From the NCBI GenBank assembly GCA_029262875.1, contig JAJCYO010000035.1, positions 10,724-74,723 on the forward strand: a stretch of DNA of 64,000 nucleotides. The letters are read 5' to 3'. Made by a program: the position numbers and the translations under genes. The stretch comes from Flavobacteriales bacterium. Lineage in GTDB: Bacteria; Bacteroidota; Bacteroidia; Flavobacteriales_E; Vicingaceae. Positions 60,553-64,000 of this stretch are shown here, piece after piece (position 1 is the stretch's first letter; every line of letters starts with the position of its first letter). Below the pieces are notes generated by a model. The model worked only from the letters and a program-made list of their open reading frames with translations, was not told the origin of the DNA and searched no databases.

Positions 60553-62669
60553 TGGAACAAAAGCAAATCATATTCTCAAGAGTGTACCTGATATACGGGA
60601 TGATTTGCTTGTTTGCAGTAATCATTGTTTTTCAAACTTTAAAACTGCAATTGTCAATTTTCGAAGGCGACAAATGGAGAGCTAAAGAAGAATCGCTTAC
60701 CCGAAATTTACGTGAAATTGAAGCCATTCGAGGAAACATTTATGCAGCTGATGAAAGTTTGTTGGCAACTTCAATTCCAAAGTATGAAGTAAGATTCGAT
60801 GCCAATACGGATGCATTAACAGATACGTATTTTAACGATAATGTAGATTCTTTGGCTTATCAGCTGTCAAGATTATTTCCGGAAAAACCGAAGTCTGAAT
60901 ACCTAACCGAGCTTAAAATGGCTCGAGCAGGAGGGAAAAGGTATCACCTGATCAGAAGAAATGTAAAATTCACTGAATTAAAACTCCTTAAAGAATTTCC
61001 AATTTTTAGAAAAGGAAAATTCAAGGGTGGTTTTATAAGTGTACAACAAAATAAACGAGTTCGTCCGTTTAAAATATTAGCAGCCAGAACCATTGGGTAT
61101 GAACGAGAAGGAAGTAAGCCAGTTGGCTTAGAGGGGGCATATAGTAAGGAGTTGAGTGGAGTCAAAGGACAGCAGTTAATGCAAAAAATTGCTGGAGGTA
61201 TTTGGATGCCAATTAATGAAGAGAATGGAAGAGAGTCTGAAGATGGAAGTGACATCTATACCACCATAGATGTGAACATTCAGGATGTTGCAGAAAGTGC
61301 ATTGTTAAATCAGTTGGAAACGCATCAGGCAGATCATGGCTGTGTGGCATTAATGGAAGTTTCAACAGGGGATATAAAAGCAATAGCCAACCTTAAAAGA
61401 AATAAAAAAGGAACGTATTACGAAAGTTATAACTATGTAGTTGGGGAAAGTACTGAGCCTGGATCGACATTTAAGTTAGCCTCATTAATGGCCGCTTTCG
61501 AAGATGGTTACCTTGATTTAGATGATATGGTGGATACAGAAAATGGGACCACTAAATTCTATGATTTAACCATGCGTGATTCCCATATCGGAGGTTACGG
61601 CAAAATATCCATCAAAGAATCATTTATCAAGTCTTCAAATGTGGGAATATCTAAGGAAATAAACAGGGTTTATTCAGCTAAGCCTCAAGAATTTGTGGAT
61701 AGGCTTTATAAAATGGATCTGAATAAAAAATTGGGGATAGAAATTGCTGGAGAAGGTTCCCCTTTAATTAAAAGTACTGATAATGAGTATTGGTCTGGAG
61801 TTTCAATTCCAATGATGTCCATTGGCTATGAAGTACAAATGACACCGTTACAAATCTTAACTTTTTACAATGCCATCGCCAATAACGGTAAAATGGTGAA
61901 ACCAAGATTTGTAAAGGAAGTTCGTCAAAGTGGAACATTAGTAAAACATTATGATACGGAAGTAATTAATAATTCTATCTGTTCCAAAAAAACGATTAAA
62001 ATGGCGAAAGAGATGTTGGAAGGAGTTGTTGAATCAGGGACTGCCAAAAATCTAAAAAATAGCAGGTATAAAATTGCGGGAAAAACTGGAACGGCCCAGA
62101 TAGCAAATGCAAAATATGGATATAAATACGATTCAAAAGTGAGCCATCAAGCTTCTTTTGTAGGGTATTTTCCAGCAGACAACCCTAAATACACTTGCAT
62201 TGTTGTAGTAAATGCACCAACACAAAATGTGTATTACGGGAATTTAGTTGCAGGACCAATTTTTAAAGAAGTTGCAGATAAAGTTTACGCGAATAGCATT
62301 CAAATTCATGATGAGTTAGATACTAAAGAGCATTTTGCTCTTTCAAGAATTCCTTATGCAAAGGATGGATATTATAATGATCTCTCTAAAGTTTATTCAG
62401 AATTAGATATCAAAACTTCTCATGACGGTGTAAATCCAAAATGGGCAAAAATAAGTACGAGCGACAAAGAGGTTAAAGTTTATAAAAAGAAAATCCCTGA
62501 AATATATGTTCCTGATGTAACAGGTATGAGCATTAAAGATGCCTTATACATATTAGAAAATCAAGGAATGAGAGTTCGTTTTACTGGGAACGGGGTAGTT
62601 AAAACACAATCCATTTTACCAGGAGAAAAATTAATTAAAGGAGAGAAAATAACATTAGAGTTGGTTTGA
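60552..62669 (+). CDS. ftsI: Penicillin-binding protein (FtsI/PBP3-type transpeptidase) with C-terminal PASTA domain
   Basis: 705 aa with SxxK 'STFK', 'SSN', 'KTGT', and a terminal PASTA-like 'VPDVTGMSIKDALYILENQGMRV'. TAATG overlap with ftsL. Confidence 0.92.
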   Translation: MEQKQIIFSRVYLIYGMICLFAVIIVFQTLKLQLSIFEGDKWRAKEESLTRNLREIEAIRGNIYAADESLLATSIPKYEVRFDANTDALTDTYFNDNVDSLAYQLSRLFPEKPKSEYLTELKMARAGGKRYHLIRRNVKFTELKLLKEFPIFRKGKFKGGFISVQQNKRVRPFKILAARTIGYEREGSKPVGLEGAYSKELSGVKGQQLMQKIAGGIWMPINEENGRESEDGSDIYTTIDVNIQDVAESALLNQLETHQADHGCVALMEVSTGDIKAIANLKRNKKGTYYESYNYVVGESTEPGSTFKLASLMAAFEDGYLDLDDMVDTENGTTKFYDLTMRDSHIGGYGKISIKESFIKSSNVGISKEINRVYSAKPQEFVDRLYKMDLNKKLGIEIAGEGSPLIKSTDNEYWSGVSIPMMSIGYEVQMTPLQILTFYNAIANNGKMVKPRFVKEVRQSGTLVKHYDTEVINNSICSKKTIKMAKEMLEGVVESGTAKNLKNSRYKIAGKTGTAQIANAKYGYKYDSKVSHQASFVGYFPADNPKYTCIVVVNAPTQNVYYGNLVAGPIFKEVADKVYANSIQIHDELDTKEHFALSRIPYAKDGYYNDLSKVYSELDIKTSHDGVNPKWAKISTSDKEVKVYKKKIPEIYVPDVTGMSIKDALYILENQGMRVRFTGNGVVKTQSILPGEKLIKGEKITLELV

Positions 62670-64000
62670 AATTATTAAAGGACATAATATACAAAGCAGG
62701 AATAGAAGAGGTACTTGGATCTACACAAGTTGCTATAGAGAAGATATGCTTCGATTCAAGAGAGATAGAAAAGTTTAGTCTTTTTATTGCCGTTTCGGGA
62801 ACTCAGGTTGATGGCCATCAATTTATAAAAAAAGGGATTACAGATGGCGCGATTGCCATTGTTTGTGAGAAGTTTCCAGAAGAGATTAATGAAGAAGTGA
62901 CTTATATTAAAGTACAAAATAGTAGTGCAGCTTTAGGAGTGATAGCAGCTAATTTTTATGATAACCCTGCTTCAGAAATTAAGCTGGTTGGTATAACAGG
63001 AACAAATGGGAAAACGACAACGGCAACTTTGCTTCATGATTTATACACACAATTAGGTTGTAAATCGGGATTACTTTCTACCGTAGTAAATAAAATAGGA
63101 GTAGAAGAAATTTCAGCTACCCATACTACCCCTGATGCGATTCAATTAAATGCATTGTTGAGATATATGATTTCCGAGGATTGTGAGTATTGTTTTATGG
63201 AAGTGAGTTCTCATGCTATTCACCAAAATAGAATTGCTGGTCTCGACTTTACTGGAGCTGTATTTACAAACATTACCCATGATCATTTAGATTACCACAA
63301 AACTTTTGATGAGTATTTAAAAGCAAAGAAATTTTTCTTCGATTGTTTAAATGAAGATGCTTTTGCATTGGTGAATAAAGATGATAAGAATGGGATGGTA
63401 ATGATGCAAAATACCAAAGCAAAAAAAGTCACTTATGCATTAAAAAGTATGTCTGACTACAGTTGCAAAGTAATCGAAAGTGATTTTTCAGGAATGCAGT
63501 TAAACATTGATGGAAGTGAAGTTTGGACAAAATTAATAGGGCAGTTTAACGCGTACAATCTTTTGGCTATTTACTCAACGGCCGTTTTATTAGGACAAGA
63601 AAAATTGAATGTACTTACAGCGATAAGTAACCTTATTTCTGTTGATGGTAGATTCCAGTATGTAAAGTCACCTAACAATATAGCTGGAATTGTAGATTAT
63701 GCGCATACCCCTGATGCTTTAAAGAATGTACTAAAGACAATCAATGACATCAGAACAGGAAATGAACAATTAATAACCCTTGTTGGTTGTGGTGGGGATA
63801 GAGACAAAGAAAAGAGACCAGTAATGGCAAAAATAGCATGTGATTTGAGTGATAAGATTATCCTTACCTCAGACAACCCAAGATCAGAAAATCCAGATGA
63901 AATAATTAAGGACATGAGACAGGGGGTAGATGGACTTCACTTTAAAAAAGTACTTGCGATTGTAAATAGAGAAGAAGCAATTCGAACCGCTTGCTCATTG
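62666..64000 (+). CDS. murE: UDP-N-acetylmuramoyl-L-alanyl-D-glutamate--2,6-diaminopimelate ligase MurE (3' end beyond the window)
   Basis: Not in the ORF track because there is no stop in the window. My translation from TTG 62666 is 'LKLLKDIIYKAG...GITGTNGKTTTATLL...DYAHTPDAL...GCGGDRDKEKRP...DNPRSE'. The frame stays open to 64000. Confidence 0.9.
   Translation, partial: MKLLKDIIYKAGIEEVLGSTQVAIEKICFDSREIEKFSLFIAVSGTQVDGHQFIKKGITDGAIAIVCEKFPEEINEEVTYIKVQNSSAALGVIAANFYDNPASEIKLVGITGTNGKTTTATLLHDLYTQLGCKSGLLSTVVNKIGVEEISATHTTPDAIQLNALLRYMISEDCEYCFMEVSSHAIHQNRIAGLDFTGAVFTNITHDHLDYHKTFDEYLKAKKFFFDCLNEDAFALVNKDDKNGMVMMQNTKAKKVTYALKSMSDYSCKVIESDFSGMQLNIDGSEVWTKLIGQFNAYNLLAIYSTAVLLGQEKLNVLTAISNLISVDGRFQYVKSPNNIAGIVDYAHTPDALKNVLKTINDIRTGNEQLITLVGCGGDRDKEKRPVMAKIACDLSDKIILTSDNPRSENPDEIIKDMRQGVDGLHFKKVLAIVNREEAIRTACSL

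Overview
This is an AT-rich chromosomal window with hallmarks of Bacteroidota, probably Flavobacteriia-like. The hallmarks are type A and type B T9SS C-terminal sorting domains, TAnnTTTG -7 promoter boxes, a DUF4290-murA pair, and a str/S10/spc/alpha ribosomal super-operon without tuf or adk. Layout: (i) 1-12.4 kb holds housekeeping genes: thiG-thiH, a UbiD-family decarboxylase, grpE-dnaJ, a TlpA-like oxidoreductase, murA and a UvrD/PcrA helicase. (ii) 12.5-24.3 kb is an accessory glycan/acyl locus. It contains a WecE-like aminotransferase, two KAS III-like enzymes, a carrier protein, an SDR, a GtrB/ArnC-like GT2, a PseH-like GNAT, an LpxO-family hydroxylase, a sulfotransferase and two tandem 662-aa TMTC-like multi-TM + TPR proteins. 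(iii) 24.4-35.2 kb holds two modules, each a small secreted protein followed by a giant repeat adhesin (1155 aa and about 1994 aa). The adhesins carry 198-bp tandem coding repeats (6 and 10 copies), a second class of Ig-like repeats, a PKD-like domain and a type B (gliding-motility) T9SS C-terminal domain. (iv) 35.3-53.7 kb runs from rpsL to rplQ and includes secY, map, infA, rpmJ and rpoA. (v) 53.7-64 kb holds carA, clpX, a type A T9SS SBBP-repeat protein, engB and the start of the dcw cluster (mraZ-rsmH-ftsL-ftsI-murE, with murE running off the window). I saw no rRNA, tRNA, CRISPR array, transposase or integrase. The best candidate for an undescribed system is the Arn/Gtr-like lipid-carrier glycosylation locus. 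Its terminal transferases are TMTC-like GT-C/TPR proteins, and it sits directly upstream of repeat adhesins that carry position-conserved Bacteroidota O-glycosylation sequons. All family assignments come from reading motifs by eye; no database search was run.
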